A stretch of 64,000 nucleotides of DNA, taken from positions 6,436-70,435 of the IMG/VR virus record IMGVR_UViG_3300005529_000033, one strand, 5' to 3'. The position numbers and the translations under genes were made by a program. The DNA is from a virus. The notes beneath the pieces are model-generated. The model was not told where the DNA came from. It did not search any database and saw only the letters and a list, made by a program, of their open reading frames with translations. Within the stretch, counting starts at the first letter, position 1. The number at the start of each line of letters is the position of its first letter. Below are positions 27,919 through 36,760 of this stretch, piece after piece.

Positions 27919-28211
27919 GCATCCAGCACCTATACGTATCTACCGCGTGCCGGCACGGCGCATGCGGCAGCTGCCGCAATACCTGCAAATATTGCGACGA
28001 GCCTTGCCGCCATGAGTGCCATCCGCAGAAAGCCGCCACGGACGGACAGCCGCAGACCTGGGTCGACCAGGCCCGGGACATCGCCGCCGAGCTGTTGTAT
28101 CTGGTCAGGCAGGCGGACTGGCTCCCAGATAAACTGGCTGACCGCATCAGGAACGACCCGTCGCTTTTCTGGCTGCGCGGCGAGACCCAGCCGGACGGGA
28201 CCTGGAGGTGA
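27915..28211 (+). CDS. Cys-rich hypothetical protein
   Basis: H.Y.STAC.HG..C...CKYC...C...CH. Confidence 0.55.
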   Translation: MSIQHLYVSTACRHGACGSCRNTCKYCDEPCRHECHPQKAATDGQPQTWVDQARDIAAELLYLVRQADWLPDKLADRIRNDPSLFWLRGETQPDGTWR

Positions 28212-28618
28212 CCGCCGGACGGCCGCAGCACGGCACCAGCTACCACCCCACCGCCCAGTCCTTAGAAAACGAGCAGCTGTTCGGCATGTACCTGGGCAAG
28301 GTCACGCACACCCGCGCCCAGGACCTGTGGGTCCGGGTCAACATCCCGCAGCTGCTCGCCGACCAGGACTCTAACTGGGCCCGCCCGATCGGCTTCAACT
28401 CAGTCGGCTCAGCCGACCCGCCCGTCGCCGCCTGGAACTCCGAGCCGCCGCTGCCCTGGGGAGGCTTCGCCCGGCAGCAGTACCCCGGCCAGCCCACCGG
28501 CTGGTCCGTGAAAGAAATGGGCCCCGGGCCGCCGGTCGGCTCGCTGGTCGTCGTGCTGTTCCTCGGCGGAGACCGGAACCGGCCGGGCTACCTGCTGACA
28601 TCGCAGCACGTCGGTTAG
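28208..28618 (+). CDS. baseplate spike N-terminal OB-fold protein (gp5/V-like, short)
   Basis: G.Y.G.V, RV.IPQ, SNWA.P, P.VG..V.V.F.GGD...P. Confidence 0.75.
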   Translation: MTAGRPQHGTSYHPTAQSLENEQLFGMYLGKVTHTRAQDLWVRVNIPQLLADQDSNWARPIGFNSVGSADPPVAAWNSEPPLPWGGFARQQYPGQPTGWSVKEMGPGPPVGSLVVVLFLGGDRNRPGYLLTSQHVG

Positions 28619-28628
28619 TATCGTCCGC

Positions 28629-28850
28629 ATGGACGGCAACATCAAACCACTGCGCGTCGGCGACATGTTATACGGATTCTGCGGCGGAGCTTTCGGCCGC
28701 GACGACTATGACGACAAACAGGTAGAAGCGGTAGGTACTGACTGGGTAGTGGCCAGGCCGACTGAATGGTCCCTCGTCGGGGGACCGTCCTTCTTCCACG
28801 GTGACCCGGAGTCGCTGTGCCAGTACCGGGAGAAGCCGCACGTCGGCTGA
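28629..28850 (+). CDS. small hypothetical moron protein
   Basis: TAGTAT 7 nt upstream; VGD.LYGFCGGAFGRD.Y.DK.VEAVG.DWVVAR. Confidence 0.6.
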   Translation: MDGNIKPLRVGDMLYGFCGGAFGRDDYDDKQVEAVGTDWVVARPTEWSLVGGPSFFHGDPESLCQYREKPHVG

Positions 28851-29004
28851 AACACATGAGGCCTCCCTTGCGGTCACCGCGTCCTGACGGGCTGTCCGGC
28901 TCCTACGGGAGGCCTCGTATTACATTGGATGTCGCGTCGGAGCAACGATCCCTGGATAAGTCACATGCTTGCACGCACAGGTAACGCTGTCAACTGCCGT
29001 TTAG

Positions 29005-29078
29005 TAGCGGGGGAGGGATTCGAACCCTCGGCTTCCGGCTTATGAGACCGGCGAGCTACCGAACTGCTCCACCCCGCT
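29005..29078 (-). tRNA. tRNA-Met(CAT), initiator-like body; CCA not encoded
   Basis: AGCGGGG/CCCCGCT acceptor, GAGC/GCTC D-stem, CCGGT-CTCATAA-GCCGG anticodon arm, GAGGG-TTCGAAT-CCCTC T-arm. Confidence 0.9.
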
Positions 29079-29135
29079 ATGCGCTGCAGGCACAAGCATA
29101 GCAGCAGGCATTCCGGTCCTGCTAAGCTCCCCGGC

Positions 29136-29393
29136 ATGGCAGCAGATGATCATGTGGACAAGTTCATAGGCAAGCTCAGGCTCTCGCTCGAGGAAGTCAC
29201 CAGGCCGCTCCTGGAGAGCGAAGCCCCGCCTAGCATGTTCAGGCGGCACTACAACGAAGTGCTGATGACCGCGCTGGCTACCGGGGAACTCAGCGACTAC
29301 CACGACAACTGGTTCATCGACGAGGAAACCGGCCTGCTCGCCGTGAAGCTGTGCCTTCAGGTCCCCCGGTACCGGGGCCTGATCATCCCGTAG
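29136..29393 (+). CDS. hypothetical protein
   Basis: TAAGCT 7 nt upstream of ATG 29136. Confidence 0.55.
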   Translation: MAADDHVDKFIGKLRLSLEEVTRPLLESEAPPSMFRRHYNEVLMTALATGELSDYHDNWFIDEETGLLAVKLCLQVPRYRGLIIP

Positions 29394-29427
29394 GTTCCCG
29401 CGAACCGCCCGCTGATACCATCGAATA

Positions 29428-29838
29428 GTGAGCTTAGAGCTGCTGGTGCCGTTCGGCCTGGACAGCAACGGGCGTCCCGCGGTCACGCAGGACCCTGCTG
29501 TCCAGGCCTTCCAGCATGTCAAGTCGATCATCGCTACCCAGCCCGGCACCCGCGTCATGCTCCCGGCGTACGGCATCCCCGTCCGCAGCCTGCTGTTCCG
29601 CCCGGACCCCAAGCTGGTCACCATGAAGATCACCCGGGATGTCGAGCAGCAGATGGCCGCCTGGGAACCGTCGATCACCGTGCTCAACGTCACCGCCAGC
29701 CCTGATTCCGAGTTCGGCGTGGCTGAACTGGAAGTGGACTTCACCGCCAGCCCCCTGGAAACCGGGCAGGTCCAGACCGCCACCGTCCTAGTCGGCGGTA
29801 CCGTCATCAACTCAGCCGAGCCGGTGACCGGGACGTGA
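29428..29838 (+). CDS. baseplate wedge protein gp25-like
   Basis: PF.LD.NG, T.PG.RVM.P.YG, WEP.I.V..V. Confidence 0.9.
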   Translation: MSLELLVPFGLDSNGRPAVTQDPAVQAFQHVKSIIATQPGTRVMLPAYGIPVRSLLFRPDPKLVTMKITRDVEQQMAAWEPSITVLNVTASPDSEFGVAELEVDFTASPLETGQVQTATVLVGGTVINSAEPVTGT

Positions 29839-29932
29839 CGGGCATAAAGAAGGCCCTGGGCAACCTCTTACGGAGTGTGCATGTGCCCAGGGCCAACGTG
29901 CCTAAGATAGCCAACAGCGGAAGGGGCCGCAA

Positions 29933-31477
29933 GTGACGACCCCGCAGCCGGTCCCGGCGAATTTCCCCGTCATGCAGGTCCCGACGTCCATCGACTTCAC
30001 GAGCAAGGACTATCCGGCGTTCATCCAGTCGATGCTCGCCTACGCCGGGCGGACCTTCCCGCAGTGGAACACCACATCCGAAGGGGACATCGGGGTCGCG
30101 ATCCTGGAGACCGTCGCCTACGTCGCCGACATCATCTCCTACTACGGTGACCGCATTACCCAGGAAGCTTACTTACCCACCGCCACCCAGCGGGTTTCCC
30201 TGCTGAACATCGCGCAGCTGCTCGGCTATCAGGTCTCCAACGGCGCCCCGGCCACCGGCCAGGTCACCTTCCAGACGGAGACGAACTGGCCCGCCACCAT
30301 GGTCGAGATCGGAACCCAGGTGGCCACCAGCATCTCCGTCCAGGCCAGCCAGCTGCTCGGCGGCGCGAACGCCCCGGTCGTCTACCAGACCACCGAGACC
30401 GTCGTCGTCCCCGCCAACGGCGGCACCATCACCGCGAACGTCAGCCAGGGCATCACTTACACCCAGACCCCCATCGGCACTTCAGACGGCACCGTCGCCC
30501 AGGTCCTGGCCATCCCCCAGCTCGGCGTCCAGAACGGCACCGTCTCCGTCTACGTCCAGGACGCCACCGACTCCGGCATCACCCAGTGGAACTACTATGC
30601 CTTCCTCGTCGACGCGGGCCCGGAAGACCTGGCCTTCACAACTTATGTCGATCAGCACGGCCAGACCTTCGTGGAGTTCGGAGACGGCCTTAACGGGCTG
30701 ATCCCAGCCCTGGGCATGAACGTATACGCAACGTACACGACAACCGTGGGAGCCGCCGGGAACGTCGCCGCGGGCGTCGTGAGCTCCATCGTCACCCCTG
30801 TCACCGGGGTCTCCATCCAGCAGCTGGCCGACGGGACGTACAACTCCACCCTTATGAGCGGAGGTGCCGACCCCGAAAGTAACGACACAATCCGGGCCAA
30901 CGCGCCATTGACATTCACTACTCAGAACCGCGCCGTCAGCGTGGATGACTTCGCGAATCTCGCACTGAATGTCCCGGGCGTACTCATGTCCGTCGCAATC
31001 GGCAACCATTCAACCTCCGTCGCGCTGTATGTCTTAGGGCCGAACTTCCAGGGCCCCGGGCCGGGCCTGGTCCAGGATATCCTGGAGTTCTTCGAGGGCA
31101 AGACCCTGGCCGGGGTCAGCTTATCGGTCCTGGCGCCAGCGCAGATCCCCGTCGACGTCGGCTCCAACAGCAATCCGGTGCAGCTGTACGTCCTGCCGAA
31201 CTACGCGCAGCAGACCGTCCTGGCCAACGTCAAGGCCGCCTTGCAGGCATTCCTGTCCCCGCCCAACCAGCAGTTCGGCGCGCTCATCACGATCTCCGAG
31301 CTGTACCTGACCATCATGGCCGTCGCCGGAGTCGGATACTGCATCATCCCCGTCTTCACCCGTGAGGACGTGACCCAGACCGGGACCACCTCGATCCAGA
31401 TGCGGCCCACCGAGATCGCCAACGCAGGGAATCTCTACTTCACCGTCTCCGGCGGACTGGGGAGCAGCACGCCATGA
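29933..31477 (+). CDS. baseplate J-like wedge protein
   Basis: IDFTSKDY, EAYL.TA.QR.S...IA..LGY, FGDG.NG.IP, GGADPES, RAVS..DF. Confidence 0.92.
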   Translation: MTTPQPVPANFPVMQVPTSIDFTSKDYPAFIQSMLAYAGRTFPQWNTTSEGDIGVAILETVAYVADIISYYGDRITQEAYLPTATQRVSLLNIAQLLGYQVSNGAPATGQVTFQTETNWPATMVEIGTQVATSISVQASQLLGGANAPVVYQTTETVVVPANGGTITANVSQGITYTQTPIGTSDGTVAQVLAIPQLGVQNGTVSVYVQDATDSGITQWNYYAFLVDAGPEDLAFTTYVDQHGQTFVEFGDGLNGLIPALGMNVYATYTTTVGAAGNVAAGVVSSIVTPVTGVSIQQLADGTYNSTLMSGGADPESNDTIRANAPLTFTTQNRAVSVDDFANLALNVPGVLMSVAIGNHSTSVALYVLGPNFQGPGPGLVQDILEFFEGKTLAGVSLSVLAPAQIPVDVGSNSNPVQLYVLPNYAQQTVLANVKAALQAFLSPPNQQFGALITISELYLTIMAVAGVGYCIIPVFTREDVTQTGTTSIQMRPTEIANAGNLYFTVSGGLGSSTP

Positions 31478-32196
31478 CCGTAGCGCAGTACCCGAACGCG
31501 TATTTCAACTGGGGCACCGACCGGATCAACGAGATCGACGTCGACTGGGCGGCCGACGTCAACGGGCCCGCCGCCGAGATCATCGCCATCGAGAAGACCC
31601 TCGGCACCAACCCCCAGATCGAGAAAGACCCGATCGTCGGCCCGGACCCGATCACCTACACCTCCGTCGACGCGAGGATCTCCGCCACCCTCAACGGCAC
31701 CGGCATCCCCGTCGTGTCCCTCAGCAACTCCCAGACGATGGTGCCGAATACGCTGAACTGCTCGGCCGCCACGAACTACGGCGTGTACAACACATACGAC
31801 AGCGTGGACTACGACCCGTTCGGCATGTACAACGGGTCAGTCGTCACCATCCCGGCGACCGGCTGGTGGCGGATCATCATCGGCCAGTACTGGGACTGGT
31901 GGTCCACCGGGTACCACCGCTGCGTCTGGTGGGTCAACGACCAGTGGTGGCGGCATGACATCTGGCACTGGGATTTCGCCGGCAATACCGTGGGCTCCTG
32001 GTGGTTCACCAACGATAACGTCGGCGAGCAGCGCTACACCCACACCGCCATCAACTGGGAAGGCGTCCTGACCGAGGGCACCATCATGCGCGTATCGTCG
32101 GAGAACGGCTGCCCGCACACCCCGCACCGGACGTGGAACCAGGAATTCAAGGCCGCGTTCGTACGCTCCGTCGACCCGTCCACACCGGCAGGCTAG
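31474..32196 (+). CDS. putative tail/baseplate protein
   Basis: A.DVN....EI.AIE.TLG.NP motif, C1q-like DPFGM...IP..G.W segment. Confidence 0.65.
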   Translation: MTVAQYPNAYFNWGTDRINEIDVDWAADVNGPAAEIIAIEKTLGTNPQIEKDPIVGPDPITYTSVDARISATLNGTGIPVVSLSNSQTMVPNTLNCSAATNYGVYNTYDSVDYDPFGMYNGSVVTIPATGWWRIIIGQYWDWWSTGYHRCVWWVNDQWWRHDIWHWDFAGNTVGSWWFTNDNVGEQRYTHTAINWEGVLTEGTIMRVSSENGCPHTPHRTWNQEFKAAFVRSVDPSTPAG

Positions 32197-32205
32197 GATA
32201 CTGCC

Positions 32206-32475
32206 ATGGCAGCCAGTGATCATCTCCAGCCGCAGCAGTTTTTCCATGGTACTGACCGTCAGCTTCCGGTTGGCGGCTACCTGAAATCGCATCTGGAAAA
32301 CCGCCGGGTGCATTTCACCACCGATAAGCAGCAAGCCCGGCTGTGGGCTTCCGACAGCGGCGAAAGTGAACCGCAGGTGTACGAGGTGCATCCGGAGGGT
32401 GAAGTGCAGCAAGGCCGAGGCGTCGGCGGCTATGCCAGTCACGATCCAGTGCGGATCGGCCGCCGCGTACTGTAA
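32206..32475 (+). CDS. second Arr-like small ADP-ribosyltransferase
   Basis: FFHGT, VHFTT...A..WA, VYEV.P.G, Y.S..P.RI; TAGGAT 6 nt upstream. Confidence 0.65.
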   Translation: MAASDHLQPQQFFHGTDRQLPVGGYLKSHLENRRVHFTTDKQQARLWASDSGESEPQVYEVHPEGEVQQGRGVGGYASHDPVRIGRRVL

Positions 32476-32484
32476 GGAAGCTTG

Positions 32485-35400
32485 ATGCCAGGACCACTGC
32501 CCGGCCAGACGGTGACGGCAGGCACGATCTTCGGCCTGTCGAAATACGGCACGTCCTTATACGGCCTGGGCCTGCCACCGGAATACCTAGTCGAGCCCAT
32601 GACGGCGGCGTCGATCACGTACACGCAGGTCCTGGTGACCTGGCACCCGCCGTCCGGCACGATCTTCCGGTACCGGCTGCTGCGGAACAGGTTCGGGTTC
32701 CCCGTCAACGAGAACGACGGGGACATCATCTACGACACCACCGACTACCCCGGCGACTCCTACACCGACCCGGATATCTCCCCCGGCACCTACCACTACT
32801 ACGGCTTCTACGTCCTGGTGGACATCGCCGACAACATCTGGGTGCGCTCAGGCTTCGCCGGCTGCCTCGCCATCCAGGACTACGGCTCCGGCGAATACTT
32901 ATTCAATCTTCTCCCCGAATATTTCACGACCATCCCAGAGACGGGTGCGGCACTTACCGACGACGCAGCTGGCAATAATCAGCTGCAGCTGTTCCTGAAT
33001 GTCTTTGGCTGGGCGCTTGATTATCTCCGCACGCAATACGCCACGTACGCGAACCACCTGAATGACGCACGGTTCATCCCTCTGGACCAGCTGTGGGACC
33101 TGGCACAGCAGGTAGGCCTCACGTTCAGTCCCGAGGTTCCTGCTTACACGGTGCGTAAGGCAACAGAGAATTTCGCTCACGTATCCCAGCAGCGCGGGAC
33201 CATCCAGGCCATAGCCGAGGAAATAGCCATCCGGACTGGTTACGGCGCAGACGTACATATGGGTCCTAACATCATGCTCGACACGGACCAGGCACAGATC
33301 CTCAACCCGGTGTTCCAGCCGTACCAGCCCGCGCGCTGCTACGTCAAGGACGAGCCGGCCTGGGTGCCGTTCGCGGCGCTGGTCGGCGGGACGTGGAAAA
33401 TATACGAGGAAGGCCGCGGCTGGACCGGTGACGGCTGGTGGTTCCGGTCCCTGCAGGACGAGAACTGCGGCAACACCCCGCCCGCGGGCGGCACATCGGA
33501 CTCGTTCTGGGGCGCCCTGTACGACTCCGATGACTACCTCGGCACCCAGGGCAACATCCGCACGTCGAACCCGGGGTCCTGGGAAGTCCTGGACACCGGG
33601 GCGGCCAGCATGCTCGCGCTGCCCGGGTCGGCCACGCAGGGCCTCGGCGTCCAGGCGCCCGCCGCGGTGAACGCCGGCAGCAACGCGTTCGCGTGGAACA
33701 GCCTGCGGATCTACAACAAGCAGGGCTCCGCGCGAACCCTGTGGGCCCGGTCGGTGTCAAGGCAGCATTCCGACCTCGGCCAGATCCCCGACCCCGGCTT
33801 CGAGCTCGGCACCACCCTGGCCGCCCCGGTGCAGAACACGTCCGCGGCGTGGGTGCCGGCGTCGTGGCCGCAGCTGTTCACCGGCAACTGGATGGGCGGA
33901 CCGAAGCAGGTCTCCGTCCCCGCCTACTGGATCCCGGTCAACGCCGCCCTCTCGCGTGAGAACATCGTCGCGCACGCCGGCTCCTGGGCCATGCAGGTCA
34001 CCCCCACGGGAACCTCGGTGCCGGTGGCCACCCCGTCCGCCGTCCAGTACGCCAACCCCGGTTTCGAGTCCCCGTCGCTGGCCGGGTGGACCGCGGTCAA
34101 CTGCGCCATCACCCAGTCCACAGCCCAGGCCCGCTCCGGCAAGTTCTCCCTGCAGGTCGCGCCCACGTTCAGCATAGGGACGTCCTACAGCGGCGGATTC
34201 GCCGCCGGCAACACCTACACGCTGACCGGGAACCCGTTCATCACCGGCCCGCAGGTCACCGCCATCCCCGGGATCGCCGACACCGTGACCTGCTACTGCT
34301 GGGGCACCAAGACCCCCGCCGGGGCCTCCGCGTTCCCGTCCGTGATCGCCGCGGTCATCTACTACGACCTTAACGGCAACGTCCTGGCCACCACCGAGGG
34401 CACCTCCGTGCTGCTGTCCGCCGCGTGGACCGCGGTCACCGCCACCGCCACCGCCCCCGCCGGGGCCGTGGCCAAGGCGCTGATGATCACCAGCGACCCG
34501 GCGGCTGCCGCGAACGCGGACAACTTCTTCGTCGACGACATCGCCTGGACATGGAACGCCACCAGCTCCTGGTCCGCGATCACCCTGAACTCCCCGTGGG
34601 TGGCCTGCCCGGCCGGGCAGGCCTGCACCGCCGGCGGCTGGTACCGGGCCGCCGCAGCCGGCAGCAGCGTCCAGGCGCAGATTGTCTTCTACGACGCCGG
34701 AGGCAGCACCCTGGCCACGGACACCGGGTCCCTGCTCACCGGCACCGCGAACAGCTGGGTCAATCCCGCCGCGTCAGGCACCGCCCCGTCCGGGACCGCC
34801 TACGCCGCGCTGCAGCTGCTCATCTCCAACCCTGTCACCGTTTCTTATGTCGACGACACCACGTTCTCCACCGGCCTGACCTACTCCACCGCACCGGACC
34901 CGTTCAACGCGGTCCGCGACGGGGTACCCGTCCCGTGGATCATCAACGGGGAGGAATGGGACCCGGCCCGCCGGTATGTCCCGAATGACCTGGTGCAGTA
35001 CCGGTCCCAGCCGTTCACCGCGCTCCGCGCTTCCACCGGCAGCGTCCCCCCGGCGAACAACGTCGCCACCGCCGACTGGGCGCCGCTGTCCCAGTCCCAC
35101 CGCATCCGGCTGTGCCTGTCCGCGTACGTCAGCCAGAACCTGACCAGCGGCGCCAGCAACAGCTACGCCGTCACCCCGTTCATCGAGTGGTACGACCAGC
35201 AGGGCACCTTCATCACCCGGGTCTTCGCCCGCACCCCGTCAGGAAACGGCACCGTCGCGCAGCCCAGTAACATGGCGTTCGACTCGTTCACCACCGAGTC
35301 CGTCCTCTCGAGCGCGGGAGCATCGGCGGGAACCGCGTCGCCGGGCCCGTGGAACGCCTCCTACTTCAACAACACCGCCCTGTCCGGCACCCCGGTCGTG

Positions 35401-36756
35401 ACCCGCGTCGAGCCGTCCGTGAATTACACCTGGGACGGCGCCGCCCCGGCCCCCGGCATCGCCGCGTCCGGCTGGTCGGGCAGCTGGACGGCGACCTACA
35501 CGGCGCCCGCAGCCGGGACCTACGGCTTCCAGCTGCAGGCCGCTGACGGCGGCAGCAGGCTCATCGTCAACGGCCAGACCCTCATCGACAACTGGGCGGA
35601 CCAGTCCGGGGCCAACCTCACCGCGACCCTGGCCCTGACCGCCGGGCAGGTCATCACCGCCGAGGTCGACTACTGGAACCCGGCCCAGCCCGACTCCGCG
35701 TCCAGCACCGTCTCGGTCTCCGGCCAGGTCTCCGCCCGGTACGAGAAATCGCCGTTCTTCGCCAACGAGTGGATCCTGAACTTCAACGGCACCCTGAACA
35801 GCCAGGTGGTGGCCGCGGCCCCCGGGCAGACCGCCACGGTGACCGCGCAGGGCTCGTTCTTCGCCGGGACCAGCGGCCACCTGTACGCGAACGTGAACTG
35901 GCTCGCCGCCAACGGCCGCGTCATCGCCACCTCCGTCTCCGAAGGTGCCACCTCCGTGTCCGCGGAGTTCACCGCCCCGGACGGCACCACCGCGGCGCAG
36001 CTGATCGTCGCCGGCGCCTTCCCCTCACCCGTGTTCTCCGCGCTCCAGCCATCGGTGTCCGGGTCCGCGGCCGGCACGATGACCATCGGCTCCCCGCCTC
36101 CCGGCAACACAGGCGCCCTGACATTCGGCACCGTCTCCACCCCGGCCATCCCCGCCGCGGCCACCCAGTTCTCCAACACCCTGAACGGCCGCGCCACCGA
36201 CGACGAGCAGTCCAGCTGGACCTGCCCGGTCGCCGACTGGACCATCGGCGGGTACGCCGGCGGCTCCGCCTGGCCCGTCAACCCGGGCGCCAGGGCCATC
36301 GGGCTGCTCACCACCCAGCAGGCGAACACGTCGCTGGGCGTCACCTACCGGTCCATGCCGCAAGGCGGCGCCTACTCCGGGATCATCTTCCGCTACACGG
36401 ACACCGGCAACTACTGGCGGTCCGACCAGCTGCAGCTCGGCTACGTCCAGTCCGGGGTCTACACCCGCGTCGCCGCCCACGCCCAGGCGTTCGCGCCAGG
36501 CGACCGGATGACCATCACCCTGAACGGCACCGCGATCACCGTCTACCGCAACGGCATCCAGGTCAGCGCCGCCACCTCCAGCTTCAACTCCGCAGCCACC
36601 GGGCACGGCGTCGTCAACGACATCCTCGGCTCTACCGAAGCCAAGGCCGAGGACACCGAGCGCCGGTTCCCCGGCCCGGCCCGCGGCAAGACCCGCCGCA
36701 TGCCGCCGCAGCGACCCGGGCGACCCGGCAAGCCCGGACGCGCAGGAAGGTCATAA
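32485..36756 (+). CDS. baseplate wedge/tail fibre protein with carbohydrate-binding and PA14 domains
   Basis: LP.Y, L..FL..FG..LD, RGT wedge motifs; NPGFE..W CBM-like repeats; WD..RRY..NDLV.Y; YFNN..LSG.PV.TR PA14 domain. Confidence 0.8.
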   Translation: MPGPLPGQTVTAGTIFGLSKYGTSLYGLGLPPEYLVEPMTAASITYTQVLVTWHPPSGTIFRYRLLRNRFGFPVNENDGDIIYDTTDYPGDSYTDPDISPGTYHYYGFYVLVDIADNIWVRSGFAGCLAIQDYGSGEYLFNLLPEYFTTIPETGAALTDDAAGNNQLQLFLNVFGWALDYLRTQYATYANHLNDARFIPLDQLWDLAQQVGLTFSPEVPAYTVRKATENFAHVSQQRGTIQAIAEEIAIRTGYGADVHMGPNIMLDTDQAQILNPVFQPYQPARCYVKDEPAWVPFAALVGGTWKIYEEGRGWTGDGWWFRSLQDENCGNTPPAGGTSDSFWGALYDSDDYLGTQGNIRTSNPGSWEVLDTGAASMLALPGSATQGLGVQAPAAVNAGSNAFAWNSLRIYNKQGSARTLWARSVSRQHSDLGQIPDPGFELGTTLAAPVQNTSAAWVPASWPQLFTGNWMGGPKQVSVPAYWIPVNAALSRENIVAHAGSWAMQVTPTGTSVPVATPSAVQYANPGFESPSLAGWTAVNCAITQSTAQARSGKFSLQVAPTFSIGTSYSGGFAAGNTYTLTGNPFITGPQVTAIPGIADTVTCYCWGTKTPAGASAFPSVIAAVIYYDLNGNVLATTEGTSVLLSAAWTAVTATATAPAGAVAKALMITSDPAAAANADNFFVDDIAWTWNATSSWSAITLNSPWVACPAGQACTAGGWYRAAAAGSSVQAQIVFYDAGGSTLATDTGSLLTGTANSWVNPAASGTAPSGTAYAALQLLISNPVTVSYVDDTTFSTGLTYSTAPDPFNAVRDGVPVPWIINGEEWDPARRYVPNDLVQYRSQPFTALRASTGSVPPANNVATADWAPLSQSHRIRLCLSAYVSQNLTSGASNSYAVTPFIEWYDQQGTFITRVFARTPSGNGTVAQPSNMAFDSFTTESVLSSAGASAGTASPGPWNASYFNNTALSGTPVVTRVEPSVNYTWDGAAPAPGIAASGWSGSWTATYTAPAAGTYGFQLQAADGGSRLIVNGQTLIDNWADQSGANLTATLALTAGQVITAEVDYWNPAQPDSASSTVSVSGQVSARYEKSPFFANEWILNFNGTLNSQVVAAAPGQTATVTAQGSFFAGTSGHLYANVNWLAANGRVIATSVSEGATSVSAEFTAPDGTTAAQLIVAGAFPSPVFSALQPSVSGSAAGTMTIGSPPPGNTGALTFGTVSTPAIPAAATQFSNTLNGRATDDEQSSWTCPVADWTIGGYAGGSAWPVNPGARAIGLLTTQQANTSLGVTYRSMPQGGAYSGIIFRYTDTGNYWRSDQLQLGYVQSGVYTRVAAHAQAFAPGDRMTITLNGTAITVYRNGIQVSAATSSFNSAATGHGVVNDILGSTEAKAEDTERRFPGPARGKTRRMPPQRPGRPGKPGRAGRS

Positions 36757-36760
36757 GCAC

